Below the pieces are notes generated by a model. That model was not told the DNA's origin. It saw only the letters and a list, made by a program, of their open reading frames with translations, and did not search any database. Shown here one piece after another: positions 63,923-64,000 of a stretch of DNA of 64,000 nt. Position numbers and translations under genes: made by a program. The DNA is from Octopus sinensis (Eukaryota), in NCBI RefSeq assembly GCF_006345805.1, contig NC_043012.1, positions 19,840,001 through 19,904,000 on the forward strand. Reading direction: 5' to 3'. Each line of letters starts with the position of its first letter. Position 1 is the stretch's first letter.

Positions 63923-64000
63923 GTAATAATAAAGATAATAATAATAATAATAATGATAATAATATCGAAGAATACCCTAGGAATGAGAGCCGAGGTGCGA
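63180..64000 (-). mobile_element. Penelope-type GIY-YIG fragment between inverted pLTR pieces (same family as 47412-49780)
   Basis: The reverse complement of 63350-63810 matches 49140-49620 (CLPYV..., EENMTKD.VYSIP, DEHRKSV, DHVWKNGDHLPLWDEVKII); (GTT)n and (AAT)n tracts; an inverted pLTR start lies at 63965-64000. Confidence 0.85.

Overview
This is AT-rich, microsatellite-saturated eukaryotic DNA. The SINE families, (TA)n density and repeat mix look like an octopus/cephalopod genome (inference from pattern recognition, not a database hit). I found no intact host gene, rRNA, tRNA gene or CRISPR array; most listed ORFs are microsatellite artefacts. The window is a layered transposon graveyard: RTE LINE fragments, a young 5'-truncated R4/Dong-type LINE sitting in (TAA)n, a decayed Ty3/Gypsy element with nested RTE, Helitron and MITE insertions, mariner and Tc1 relics, at least three tRNA-derived SINE families, and a 1.7-kb 12-13-bp satellite with a 208-bp higher-order repeat. 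The most notable signal is a dense set of type I hammerhead-ribozyme motifs tied to Penelope-like element (PLE) pseudo-LTRs. About 15 motifs from at least 6 sequence families can be folded by eye, many with palindromic helix III, recurrent core variants (U4C, A6U) and mismatched helix II closures. Several sit in ORF-less fold-back elements carrying one hammerhead per strand. PLE hammerheads are a known phenomenon; the non-autonomous fold-back units and the variant cores are what merit testing. A 6-Cys ORF with cystine-knot-like spacing (1616-1840, minus) is the best candidate host-gene remnant.
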